Positions 1 to 8,725 of a stretch of DNA of 28,674 bases are shown piece by piece. Position 1 is the stretch's first letter. Every line of letters starts with the position of its first letter. The notes under the pieces are model-generated. The model saw only the letters and a program-made list of their open reading frames with translations. It had not been told where the DNA came from and searched no databases. This DNA is from Candidatus Limivicinus sp. Lineage in GTDB: Bacteria; Bacillota; Clostridia; Oscillospirales; Oscillospiraceae. Where the stretch lies: NCBI GenBank assembly GCA_045642585.1, contig JAZUJF010000235.1, forward strand, positions 1-28,674. Direction: 5' to 3'. The translations under genes and the position numbers were made by a program.

Positions 1-120
1 AAGCCGTTCTTTTCCATCGCCGTTACACTTGTTTTCGGATTTCCTGCTTGATTTTTTCAACATCTGTACAACAAACCCGCTTTCGGCCTAAACCAAAAGT
101 GGGTTTGTCTACGGCCTGAA
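1..120 (+). mobile_element. Possible right end of an insertion sequence (IS1182-like), truncated by the window edge
   Basis: Subterminal inverted repeat ACAAACCCGCTTTCGG (71-86) / CCAAAAGTGGGTTTGT (93-108), 14 of 16 matching. It is followed by CTACGGCCTGAA and abuts a terminator hairpin. GGGTTTGTCxACxxxCTGA resembles Firmicute IS1182-family right ends as I recall them. No transposase catalytic motif is visible in the window. Confidence 0.35.
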
Positions 121-146
121 ACGGAGTCATTACCGACTCCGTTTTT
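119..146. terminator. Intrinsic terminator hairpin downstream of aroA
   Basis: ACGGAGTC-attacc-GACTCCGT stem-loop (121-142), flanked by AA and TTTT, about 20 nt after the aroA stop. Confidence 0.7.
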
Positions 147-162
147 GCTGTTCATACTGAAA

Positions 163-1380
163 TCAGATTAATTCTCCGTCAACATCAAACCGTGCGCCTA
201 ATTGCCGGAGAACAGTGAAATATTCGGGCCAGCTCTTGCTGACCGCCTCCGCGCCGCATATCTCTCCGCCGAGCCCGGTGAGGAGAAGACTGAGCGCCAT
301 GACGATCCGGTGGTCGTTGTGGCCGTCAAGGGCTGAACGGGGAGGACGGACAGAGGAGGGGAATAACCTGACACAGTTTGACCCCATATCCGTCTCAACG
401 CCCAGCTCCCACAGCTCCTCTGCCATGGCGGAGGCCCGGTCGCTCTCTTTGATCTTCAGTCTGCTCGTGCCGGTGAGGGTCAGCCCTTTTCCCGATCCGG
501 CAGATACAGCCATAAGGATCGGGGCAAGATCCGGACAGCCGGACACATCAATAACTGCATCCCCGGCAGAAATACGCTCATACAGGTCGGCACAGGCTCT
601 GTCAGGCTGGATACTGCTGCTGTCAAGTCCTTCGACGGTCACATGTCCGCCCAGCATATTCGCGGCAAGAAGAAAAGCGGCGTTGGACCAGTCACCCTCG
701 ACAGTGAGATCGGTGCCGGAATAGTGCTGAGAGGCGGGGATAAGGTACTCACGCTCCGCTATGCTGTCAGCCGTCACGCCAAAGCGGGAGAGCATTCCGA
801 GGGTCAGGTCTATATACGCCCCGCTCTCCACCGGCGGAAGCACCCGAAGGATACTGTCCTTCCCGAGAACGGGCAGGGCGAACAGGAGACCGGTCACATA
901 CTGGCTGCTGACATTTCCGCGGATATCGTACAGCCCGGGGCCGAGATGCCCGGAGACGGTGACGGATGTATCGCTTTTCTCAAAAACTATGCCTTTTCTG
1001 CTAAGTTGCTTTTCGTAGAGCTCCACACCCCGGGTCATCAGCCGCTCTGTGCCGGTGAGAGTCGCCCCGCCGGACAGCAGGGAGACGGGCAGCATGAAGC
1101 GCAGGGTACTGCCGCTCTCGTGGCAGGGGAGCAGGGGGGATGATTTCATCCAGCCCGAGGCCGCAGGGAAGCGGACGGTGCTGCCGTACATCTCATAGGG
1201 CCGGCCCAGAGCCTCAATGCAGCCCAGGGTGGCGCTGATGTCGCCGCTGAGGGACACATTTCGTATTATGCTCTCCTCATCCGACAGCATGGCGCAGATG
1301 AGGGCACGGTGGGCGCAGCTTTTTGAGGGAGGAGCCGTCACAGTGCCGGAAAGCACGGAGGGAGTAAAACTGAGCTTCAT
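163..1380 (-). CDS. aroA: 3-phosphoshikimate 1-carboxyvinyltransferase (EPSP synthase)
   Basis: Motifs PPSKS, CHESGSTLRF, SSQY, PDLAP, KESDR, NDHRIVM, KSWPEYF. The start overlaps the aroQ stop by 4 bp. Confidence 0.96.
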   Translation of the reverse strand: MKLSFTPSVLSGTVTAPPSKSCAHRALICAMLSDEESIIRNVSLSGDISATLGCIEALGRPYEMYGSTVRFPAASGWMKSSPLLPCHESGSTLRFMLPVSLLSGGATLTGTERLMTRGVELYEKQLSRKGIVFEKSDTSVTVSGHLGPGLYDIRGNVSSQYVTGLLFALPVLGKDSILRVLPPVESGAYIDLTLGMLSRFGVTADSIAEREYLIPASQHYSGTDLTVEGDWSNAAFLLAANMLGGHVTVEGLDSSSIQPDRACADLYERISAGDAVIDVSGCPDLAPILMAVSAGSGKGLTLTGTSRLKIKESDRASAMAEELWELGVETDMGSNCVRLFPSSVRPPRSALDGHNDHRIVMALSLLLTGLGGEICGAEAVSKSWPEYFTVLRQLGARFDVDGELI

Positions 1381-1811
1381 TTATTATACGACCTCAGATA
1401 GTCCATGGCTTCGGTATAGCTGTCAAAACCCAGCCCGGAAACGGTCTTCACGCAGGCGGAGCGCACAAAGCTCACCTTACGCCAGTCCTCTCTCGCGTCC
1501 ACATCGGAGATATGCACCTCCACTGTGGGGATGCCCACGGCTTTCACGGCGTCGGCGATGGCGACGCTTGTATGAGTGTAGGCGGCGGGATTAAAGACGA
1601 TCCCCTCTGTGCCGTTAAAATATGCCTCCTGAATTGCGTCCACAAGGCCGCCCTCATGGTTTGACTGGATAAATGTCACCTCCGCGCCGATTTTTTCGGC
1701 GTGGTCGGAGATGTACTTCACAAGGTCGTCGTATGTACGGTGGCCGTAAATATCCGGCTCCCGTATGCCGAGCATATTCATGTTCGGGCCGTTGAGAATA
1801 AGTATCTTCAT
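1377..1811 (-). CDS. aroQ: Type II 3-dehydroquinate dehydratase
   Basis: LNGPNMNMLGIREPDIYG, QSNHEG, NPAAYTHTSVAIADA, EVHISD. Confidence 0.97.
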   Translation of the reverse strand: MKILILNGPNMNMLGIREPDIYGHRTYDDLVKYISDHAEKIGAEVTFIQSNHEGGLVDAIQEAYFNGTEGIVFNPAAYTHTSVAIADAVKAVGIPTVEVHISDVDAREDWRKVSFVRSACVKTVSGLGFDSYTEAMDYLRSYNK

Positions 1812-3046
1812 TTTTCTATCTCCCTCAGTATGGCGTCGGCCACCTCAGAGGGTGTACCGTCACCGTCAACGCGCACATCGCCGGAGGCGATGTATCTGTC
1901 AATTCTCTCGTTATAGCGCCGCGCCAGAGCATCCCGGTCAGAGGAAAGCGGTCTGTCGGATGTGGCGATAAGCTTCTCCGGTGAGCGGTCGATAAATACG
2001 GTGATCCCGCTGCGGCGAAGGGCGTCCACATTGTCCTTCCGCAAAACGGCACCGCCGCCGGTTGAGATTATGACTCCGCACAGCCGAGCGGCCTCACGGA
2101 TGACCTGACTCTCCACATCCCGGAACGCACTTTCTCCGAATTTCTCAAAAAACTCTGAGATGGTCATGCCTATACGATCAGTAATCATACTGTCGGTATC
2201 AACCGGCTGTTTCCCGGTAATATCGGAAAGAATATTACTCACAGTTGTTTTTCCGCAGGAGGGCATACCCAGCAGCACAATGTTTCTCTTCCCGTCACGC
2301 ACGCCCCGGAAGGCTTTCCCGGTGTCAGCGGGATCGACTGTCTTCCCCAGAAACAGGGCGGAGGCATACACGGCCTGAGAGGAGAGCATATATAGTCCGC
2401 CGTCCGCGGGGATCCCCAGCTCCTGCGCCTGCAGCACAAGGCTTGTCCTCTGGGGATTATATACCACATCCAGAACGCCGCCGAGCTTGGAAAAATGACA
2501 GAGATCAACAGGAGCGGCGTCCGTATTTGGGTACATACCCACAGGGGTCGTATTTATGATATAGTCGGCATCACAGTGGAGGCTTACAGCCTCGTCATAG
2601 CTGACAGAGCCTTCTTTTCCGCTGCGCGAGACGGTGAGGACCTCCCCGGCGCCCTTGCTGCGTACTAAGAACTGCGCTGTTTTTGAAGTGCCGCCGGTGC
2701 CGAGTATAAGCACCTTCCTGCCCCGGAACTCCATGCCGATACGCTTTGCAAGGGCCGCCATGCCGTCAATATCCGTGTTGTAGCCCCAGAGCTCACCGCC
2801 CCTGTTCACAATAGTGTTCACGGCGCCGATGGCCATTGCCTCGGGGTCGATATGGCTTAGATAGGGGATGACCGCCTGCTTGTATGGGATGGTCACATTT
2901 ATGGCCCTGAAAGGGCGGGAACGCATAAAACAGTCCAGCTCCTCAGGGGCAATATCACATAGCTCATAGTCATAGTCCGCGATAAAGGAATGTATTTCCT
3001 TTGAATAGCTGTGACCCAGAGGATGGCCGATCAGTCCGTAGTCCAT
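1808..3046 (-). CDS. aroE: Bifunctional shikimate dehydrogenase / shikimate kinase (AroE-AroK fusion)
   Basis: N-terminal AroE motifs: GHPLGHSYS, NVTIPYK, GAVNT, NTD, GTGG. C-terminal AroK motifs: P-loop GMPSCGKTT, DTD, FRDVE, STGGG, RPL. Start reassigned to the ATG at 3046 (MDYGLIG), overlapping the aroC 3' end by 16 bp. Confidence 0.93.
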   Translation of the reverse strand: MDYGLIGHPLGHSYSKEIHSFIADYDYELCDIAPEELDCFMRSRPFRAINVTIPYKQAVIPYLSHIDPEAMAIGAVNTIVNRGGELWGYNTDIDGMAALAKRIGMEFRGRKVLILGTGGTSKTAQFLVRSKGAGEVLTVSRSGKEGSVSYDEAVSLHCDADYIINTTPVGMYPNTDAAPVDLCHFSKLGGVLDVVYNPQRTSLVLQAQELGIPADGGLYMLSSQAVYASALFLGKTVDPADTGKAFRGVRDGKRNIVLLGMPSCGKTTVSNILSDITGKQPVDTDSMITDRIGMTISEFFEKFGESAFRDVESQVIREAARLCGVIISTGGGAVLRKDNVDALRRSGITVFIDRSPEKLIATSDRPLSSDRDALARRYNERIDRYIASGDVRVDGDGTPSEVADAILREIEK

Positions 3047-4137
3047 TCTTTTATCCCTCTTGTAAAAACATCTGTGCCGCAGCGCATAGAGAGCATATCG
3101 CACAGCACCATTGCCGTGACAGCGTCTATCACCGGGCAGATCCGGCGGATAATGGCCGGATCATGGCGGCCGGTGAGGGAGAGATCAATGTCGGTGTTTG
3201 AAGTCAGGTCAACAGAACTCTGGGGGAGGGCGATGCTGGCAGTTGGCTTTACAGCGCAGGAGAACACCACCGGCATACCGTTTGTAATGCCTCCGTTGAT
3301 ACCGCCGTCGTGGTTCGTGGCGGTCACGACTCTGCCGGAGTCAATGCGGAGAGCGTCGTTATACTCTGAGCCCCGCATCCCCGAACACTCAAATCCAGAG
3401 CCGAAGGATACGCCCTTGATACCGCCGATGGAGAACAGGGCGTGGCTCAGAACACCCTCAACGCTGTCAAACCAGGGCTCACCCAATCCGGCGGGCAGAC
3501 CGATGACTGCGGTCTCGGTAATGCCGCCCACACTGTCGCCCTGAGCCTTTGCCGCCGAAACGACCGCGTCCATGCGCTTCGAGGCGTTGTCATCAAGCAC
3601 CGGGCGGGAGGAGGCGGACAGGTACTCTATATCCCCGGGAATGTTGTCAAATCCCCTGTCATTCACACCGCCGCAGGAGAGAATATGGCTGGCAAGCCTG
3701 ATCCCGAGACCCGCAAGAGCGTCGGTGAATATTGCGCCGGCGGCCACGATCGCCGAGGTGACACGGCCGGAGAAATGGCCGCCGCCGCGGTAATCCTCAA
3801 AGCCGTGGTATTTCATATGACCGGAGTAATCGGCATGAGAGGGGCGCAGAATACCGGGAGTGTAATCACCGGAACGGGCGTCCTCGTTGGGAATGAATAC
3901 GGTCAGGGGAGTACCGGTCGTCCTGCCCTGAAATACGCCGCTGAGTATACGGAAGCTGTCCTCCTCCCGGCGGGCGGTGGAGAGAGCGTCAGGACGGCGG
4001 CGGGAGAGAGAAGCGGCAATGCTGTCCTCACGCACAGGAAGCCCCGGGGCAAGGCCGTCGATCACACAGCCCACTCCCGCACCGTGGCTCTCGCCGAAGA
4101 CGGTGAGACAGACCGAATTCCCGAAGGTGTTTTTCAT
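3031..4137 (-). CDS. aroC: Chorismate synthase
   Basis: FGESHG, RPSHAD, GGGHFSGRVT, GDSVGG, GGINGGITNG, KPTASI, GRHDP. Confidence 0.97.
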   Translation of the reverse strand: MKNTFGNSVCLTVFGESHGAGVGCVIDGLAPGLPVREDSIAASLSRRRPDALSTARREEDSFRILSGVFQGRTTGTPLTVFIPNEDARSGDYTPGILRPSHADYSGHMKYHGFEDYRGGGHFSGRVTSAIVAAGAIFTDALAGLGIRLASHILSCGGVNDRGFDNIPGDIEYLSASSRPVLDDNASKRMDAVVSAAKAQGDSVGGITETAVIGLPAGLGEPWFDSVEGVLSHALFSIGGIKGVSFGSGFECSGMRGSEYNDALRIDSGRVVTATNHDGGINGGITNGMPVVFSCAVKPTASIALPQSSVDLTSNTDIDLSLTGRHDPAIIRRICPVIDAVTAMVLCDMLSMRCGTDVFTRGIKEWTTD

Positions 4138-4412
4138 CTCTTCTCCTCCCTCAGATGCTCCTGATACTCACAGCTCAGGTCGATCACCGACCGCAGGAAA
4201 CGGATATAATAGTCCTTATAATCCGGGGTGCCGATATATTCGCAGCTGCGCTCGCAGAGCTCCTTTTCACGCTCTTCATCCCGGACGGGCAGACCCCGGC
4301 GCCGCTTATATTCGCCGATGATACGGCTGTATTCCATCCTCCTGCAGAACAGCCGGGCCATCTCTTCGTCTATCCCGTTTATACCCGCCCTGGCGGAATT
4401 CAGTTCATCCAT
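4134..4412 (-). CDS. Monofunctional chorismate mutase (AroQ class)
   Basis: 92 aa with the R..I..ID..M..LF..R and K...GLPVRD..RE pattern. GGGAGG RBS upstream; 4-bp overlap with aroC. Confidence 0.88.
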   Translation of the reverse strand: MDELNSARAGINGIDEEMARLFCRRMEYSRIIGEYKRRRGLPVRDEEREKELCERSCEYIGTPDYKDYYIRFLRSVIDLSCEYQEHLREEKR

Positions 4413-4500
4413 GTCTCTGCCTCCCGGTATGATAATAATCTGCCCCGTGGCCGCGCACTGCTTTGATCTGCGCCGCTGGCGGTGGCTGTAAATAAATCAA

Positions 4501-5130
4501 TCAGTATATGATCGCCTTCAGTTTTGCTTTTACACCGATCAGATCGCTGCTTGTCAGTATAGGAATGAGCGTATTGATCTCCTCAACAGACTTGTCCCAC
4601 CATTTCCATTCCAGCATAAGCGCGATCAGTTCTTCATCAAAACGCTTGCGGATCGGCCTTGACGGATTACCGGCAACGATCGTATAAGGCTCCACATCAG
4701 AGCCGACTATACTGTTTGCTCCAATGATGGCTCCGCTCCCGATATGTACGCCCGGAAGAATAACAGCATTCTGTCCTATCCATACATCATTACCGATCAC
4801 GGTATCACCCTTATACGGCATATCCTCCGGTTTTGGCGGCTTCATATTCCAGCCGTCAAGCGTATAGAACGGATAGGTAGAAACAGAATTCATCTGATGG
4901 TTTGCATCATTCATAACAAATTCTACCCCGGCTGCGATCTGACAGAATTTGCCGATGATAAGCTTGTCTTTGCTCCAGGGATAGAAGTTCGTGACATGAC
5001 TCTCGAATTCAGAATCGGCGATATATGTAAAATCCCCTACGATAATACCGGGGTTTGTAAGTGTTGGCCTCACATATATTTCTTTTTCATATCCCGAAAT
5101 CGGGTACTTTTCATTTGGATCTGCTGTCAT
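4501..5130 (-). CDS. Vat/CatB-family (xenobiotic) O-acetyltransferase
   Basis: 209 aa from the ATG at 5130 (alternative ATG at 5160). IIVGDFTY, LIIGKFCQIA, ANH (catalytic His position), STYPF, hexapeptide repeats IGNDVWIGQNAVILPGVHIG..AIIGA, YTIVAGNP, KWWD. Confidence 0.9.
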   Translation of the reverse strand: MTADPNEKYPISGYEKEIYVRPTLTNPGIIVGDFTYIADSEFESHVTNFYPWSKDKLIIGKFCQIAAGVEFVMNDANHQMNSVSTYPFYTLDGWNMKPPKPEDMPYKGDTVIGNDVWIGQNAVILPGVHIGSGAIIGANSIVGSDVEPYTIVAGNPSRPIRKRFDEELIALMLEWKWWDKSVEEINTLIPILTSSDLIGVKAKLKAIIY

Positions 5131-5162
5131 GCTTTTGCCCCCGCATATTTTTGCTTTCATTG

Positions 5163-5202
5163 TTATAATCTTTACTGTGGAAGCGGAGCTTTCACAGTAA
5201 AA
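5163..5202. repeat. 40-bp palindromic repeat, copy 1
   Basis: TTATAATCTTTACTGTGGAAGCGGAGCTTTCACAGTAAAA. Its reverse complement matches 23655-23694 at 39 of 40 nt. Confidence 0.9.
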
Positions 5203-5265
5203 CCAGTATAACATATCTGCAATGAGATGAAAAGTGATGTTTATCTGCGGCGAAAAAAGGCGTTG

Positions 5266-5294
5266 TTGAAAAAGCAGGCCGAATCTGTTATGAT
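5266..5294 (+). promoter_or_regulatory. Sigma-A-type promoter for the Nif11-like gene
   Basis: TTGAAA-17 bp-TATGAT with an extended -10 TG, followed by an AAGGAG RBS before the ATG at 5331. Confidence 0.65.
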
Positions 5295-5330
5295 CAATAC
5301 ACAGATACGACAGTAACAAGGAGAAAAGCC

Positions 5331-5660
5331 ATGAACGGGAATGTTGAGAAGTTTTTTCAGCTGTATTATTCTGACCCGGCTCTGCGTCAGCGCGTTGCCG
5401 ATGCGGAGGCCGCATATCCCGGAAGCCTTGAGATAAGGGACGCGGTGGTCAGCGAGACCATTCTCCCCATCGCCGAAGAACTGGGACTGCCCTTCACTCT
5501 CATGGAGCTGAAGGTGTTTGAAACAAAGAGCAAGGCGGAGATCAATCAGGACATCGCCCTCACCGCGGAAGACCTGCGGGCGCCGGACAGCGACTTCGGC
5601 TTCTGGATGGTGGACAGGGGCTGGACCTATGATACCGACCCGTTCCAAAAGGAAGAATAA
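5331..5660 (+). CDS. Nif11-like leader peptide domain protein
   Basis: N-terminus NVEKFFQLYYSDPALRQRV ... AVV...I..IAEELGLPFT..EL fits the Nif11 leader pattern. It has its own promoter, RBS and terminator. Confidence 0.65.
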   Translation: MNGNVEKFFQLYYSDPALRQRVADAEAAYPGSLEIRDAVVSETILPIAEELGLPFTLMELKVFETKSKAEINQDIALTAEDLRAPDSDFGFWMVDRGWTYDTDPFQKEE

Positions 5661-5671
5661 CTCCGTATGAC

Positions 5672-5708
5672 AACAGCGTACCCCGTGAAAAACACAGGGT
5701 ACGCTGTT
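5672..5708. terminator. Probable bidirectional terminator between convergent genes
   Basis: AACAGCGTACCC(C)GTG-aaaaa-CAC(A)GGGTACGCTGTT hairpin. Confidence 0.75.
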
Positions 5709-5710
5709 TG

Positions 5711-6643
5711 TTATCGCACCACTAACTGGAAAAGATATATCATTATCGGCATTGAGACGATGCACAGCAGGGTGGTTACGGCGTTCACGCTGCCCGCATA
5801 CTCCGGCTCGTTATCGAATTTCACGCACAGCTGGACCAGAGACGCCCCCGAGGGCGATGCGGCGCCCAGATATGCGACCATGAGTATCTGTTTTGCGTCA
5901 GGCAGATCAATAAGCTTCGCCGCAAGGTACATAAACGGAAGAACTGCCAGAGGCACTATGATAAGGCGGAAAAGAGCTGTCCTGAGTATGGAGCGGATGC
6001 GCTCACGCAGGCCGGTGAGCCCTGCCAGCGTCATGCCTATGCACAGCATTGTCACAGGGCCGATCATGTCGGAAAAGCCTTCCACAACATCGCTGAAAAA
6101 TGCCGGGAGCCGGAAGCCTGTCACGAAGCAGAGGACCCCCGCATATACGGCCACAATATTGGGGTTTAAAAATATCTTCCGCAGAGAGATCTTTCTTTCG
6201 CCCGAAACCACACTTATGCAGTGAGTCCAGACCATCGCCGACTGCACGAGCACCATGCCGATGCCGTAGACCACATAGTCACGCCCTAGCATGGAGACTA
6301 TGATGGGCAGCAGGATATTGCCGCAGTTGAGATAGAACATAGGCAGATAGTCCTGATTACGAAGCTGCAGGGCTTTCCTGAAAATGCCGGACACGAAGTA
6401 CATCACGAGGTTAATGAGTATTGCCACCAGAACAGAGGCCACCACACTGCTGACCCTCTGGGGCGTATTCTCCATCATAAAGGCGCAGAATATCATGCAG
6501 GGCGTACACAGGTACAGGCACACCGCGGACAGCCCCTTGCTGTCCTCCGAGCGGCAGATATTCAGTTTTACCAGCAGGAAGCCCAGAAGAAGCATAAGGA
6601 ACATCTTCCCGATCTGGACCGCGAGGAGAATACTGGTTTCCAT
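5711..6643 (-). CDS. AEC (auxin efflux carrier / malate permease) family transporter
   Basis: 310 aa, highly hydrophobic. Motifs LYLCTPCMIF, NCGNILLPII, NPNIVA, GPVTMLCIG, L..ASPSG. Confidence 0.88.
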   Translation of the reverse strand: METSILLAVQIGKMFLMLLLGFLLVKLNICRSEDSKGLSAVCLYLCTPCMIFCAFMMENTPQRVSSVVASVLVAILINLVMYFVSGIFRKALQLRNQDYLPMFYLNCGNILLPIIVSMLGRDYVVYGIGMVLVQSAMVWTHCISVVSGERKISLRKIFLNPNIVAVYAGVLCFVTGFRLPAFFSDVVEGFSDMIGPVTMLCIGMTLAGLTGLRERIRSILRTALFRLIIVPLAVLPFMYLAAKLIDLPDAKQILMVAYLGAASPSGASLVQLCVKFDNEPEYAGSVNAVTTLLCIVSMPIMIYLFQLVVR

Positions 6644-6665
6644 ACTAAACCCTTCTTCTTAAGTC

Positions 6666-6700
6666 AAAACCGAGGCGCATACCTCACGGCTGCGCCCCGG
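6666..6700 (-). terminator. Terminator of the pyrR-uraA transcript
   Basis: Minus-strand CCGGGGCGCA...TGCGCCTCGG stem followed by TTTT, just after the uraA stop. Confidence 0.65.
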
Positions 6701-6722
6701 ATAATTATTTACGGATGGGATA

Positions 6723-8114
6723 TCAGAACTTGCCCAGAGAGCCGGAGTTCTCGGTGTTGGGCATATACTCATCGCGCTTGCCGGGAAGGACAGCGTTGAG
6801 GATGATGCCGATGATGGAGGCAACGGCCAGACCGGACAGAGCGATCCGCATGTCGCCGATCATGAAGGAGATAGCGCCGGTGGCATTGTTGCCGGCGGTG
6901 GTGATGTCCGCGCCCAGAGCGCCGGAGAAGTTGATGCCCAGAGCCAGACCCAGGATAACAGCGGCAACTATGACATTTCTGCTCTTCTGGAAGTCGGTGT
7001 GGTTCTCGACCATGTTGCGGACACCCACGGCGGAGATCATACCGTAGAGGATGATGGACACGCCGCCGACAGTTGCGGCGGGCATTGCGGTGATGAGAGC
7101 GGCGAACTTGGGGCAGAAGGAAAGGATTATCGCAAACACTGCCGCGATGCGGACGACCAGAGGATCGTAGACCTTGGTGAGCACCAGAACGCCGGTGTTC
7201 TCACCGTAGGTGGTGTTTGCGGGAGCGCCGAAGAGGGCGGCCAAAATGGTGCCGACGCCGTCACCGATGAGGGTCCTGTGGAGGCCGGGGTCTTCAATAA
7301 GGTTGCGCTCGATGGTGGAGCCGATGGCGGAGATGTCACCCACATGCTCCATCATGGTCGCAAAGCCGATAGGCATTATCATGATGATAGCGGACACCAG
7401 GAAGCCGGCGTCAAACTTGGGGTTGCCAATGAGAGAGAACACGGTGTTTTCCTTGAGGACGGGAAGGCCGATCCATGCGGCTTCCTTTACACCGGAGAAG
7501 TCAACATTTCCGGTGATGGCGGCGACCAGATAGGACGCGACAACACCGACCAGGATGGGAACGATCTTTATCATGCCCTTGCCCCAGATGTTGCAGACGA
7601 TGATGGCAACGATCGCAACGAGAGCGATACCCCAGTTAGTGGAGCAGGAATTGATCGCGGAGGGAGCCAGAATAAGGCCGATGGCGATAATGATGGGGCC
7701 GGTGACCACGGGGGGGAAGTATTTCATAACATTCTTGGAGCCGAATGCCTTGCAGATGGCGGCAAGGATCAGGTACAGGACACCTGCGCAGGCAACACCG
7801 ACACAGGCGTAGGGCAGGGACTCGGCCTGAGTAAGACCGATATCGGCACCGTTTGCGACCACGGTGAAGTAGCCTGCCAGAAAAGCAAAGGAGGAGCCCA
7901 GGAACACGGGAACCTTCTTCCCGGTGACAAAGTGCATGAACAGGGTCGCAAGACCTGCAAACAGCAGAGTCGCGGAGACGCTCAGGCCGGTGAGGATAGG
8001 GACCAGAACGGTGGAGCCGAACATTGCGAACATATGCTGGAGACCGAGGACAGCCATCTTGGGCTTGCCCAGAACCTTGGCGTCATAAATGGGACCGTTA
8101 ACGTTGTTGCTCAT
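6723..8114 (-). CDS. uraA: Uracil permease (NCS2 / UraA-PyrP family)
   Basis: LGLQHMFAMFGSTVLVP, FLGSSFAF, PPVVTGP, EHVGD, NTTYGENTGV NCS2 signature. Lies downstream of pyrR. Confidence 0.94.
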   Translation of the reverse strand: MSNNVNGPIYDAKVLGKPKMAVLGLQHMFAMFGSTVLVPILTGLSVSATLLFAGLATLFMHFVTGKKVPVFLGSSFAFLAGYFTVVANGADIGLTQAESLPYACVGVACAGVLYLILAAICKAFGSKNVMKYFPPVVTGPIIIAIGLILAPSAINSCSTNWGIALVAIVAIIVCNIWGKGMIKIVPILVGVVASYLVAAITGNVDFSGVKEAAWIGLPVLKENTVFSLIGNPKFDAGFLVSAIIMIMPIGFATMMEHVGDISAIGSTIERNLIEDPGLHRTLIGDGVGTILAALFGAPANTTYGENTGVLVLTKVYDPLVVRIAAVFAIILSFCPKFAALITAMPAATVGGVSIILYGMISAVGVRNMVENHTDFQKSRNVIVAAVILGLALGINFSGALGADITTAGNNATGAISFMIGDMRIALSGLAVASIIGIILNAVLPGKRDEYMPNTENSGSLGKF

Positions 8115-8182
8115 TCAATTTACCTCTCTCTGTAGATAATTTAATTGTATATAACAGACAGCGTTGGCTGTGAGTTAACCGA

Positions 8183-8725
8183 TCAGTCCGTCAGATCCAT
8201 GAGGTACACGCCGGTCTCTCCGTCATACCGGGGAAGCCGGACCTCTATCATTTCACTGCGGGATGTGGGGATGTTCTTGCCCACGAAATCAGCCCTGATG
8301 GGCAGCTCTCTGTGGCCGCGGTCTATGAGCACCGCAAACTGGATCGTATTAGGCCGACCCAGAGAAAAGATGGCCTCGATGGCGGCTCTGGCTGTGCGGC
8401 CGGTATAAAGCACATCGTCTACCAGCACTACATCTCTGCCGTTAATGTCAAACGGCAGCTCCGCATGGCGCACGAGAGGGTTTTCGGTATAGGTGGTGAG
8501 ATCGTCCCTGTAAAAACCGATGTCTATCGCGCCATAGGGTACATCAACATTTTCGATCTTCAGAATGTTCTCTCTGATGATCTGGGCTATGGACTCCCCC
8601 CGGCGGTAGATACCCACCAGAGCCACATTATCCACGCCCTTGTTCTTTTCGGTGATCTCATGGGAAATGCGCATAAGGGCACGGTGAAGCCCGGCCTCGT
8701 CCATTATCTGAGCTTTGTGCTTTAT
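8183..8725 (-). CDS. pyrR: Bifunctional pyr operon attenuator protein / uracil phosphoribosyltransferase
   Basis: [65 protein letters not shown]. The start is uncertain: ATA at 8725, GTG at 8734 or ATG at 8704. Confidence 0.95.
   Translation of the reverse strand: MKHKAQIMDEAGLHRALMRISHEITEKNKGVDNVALVGIYRRGESIAQIIRENILKIENVDVPYGAIDIGFYRDDLTTYTENPLVRHAELPFDINGRDVVLVDDVLYTGRTARAAIEAIFSLGRPNTIQFAVLIDRGHRELPIRADFVGKNIPTSRSEMIEVRLPRYDGETGVYLMDLTD

Noticed and set aside
4420-4490. Short minus-strand frame QIKAVRGHGADYYHTG, faintly like a PLP dehydratase segment (possible gene remnant)
   Set aside because: Too short and weak to distinguish from chance without a search.
4501-5415. 304-aa extended version of the acetyltransferase ORF
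   Set aside because: The extension overlaps the divergent Nif11-like gene, its promoter and the 40-bp repeat. Family similarity begins only at about 5130.
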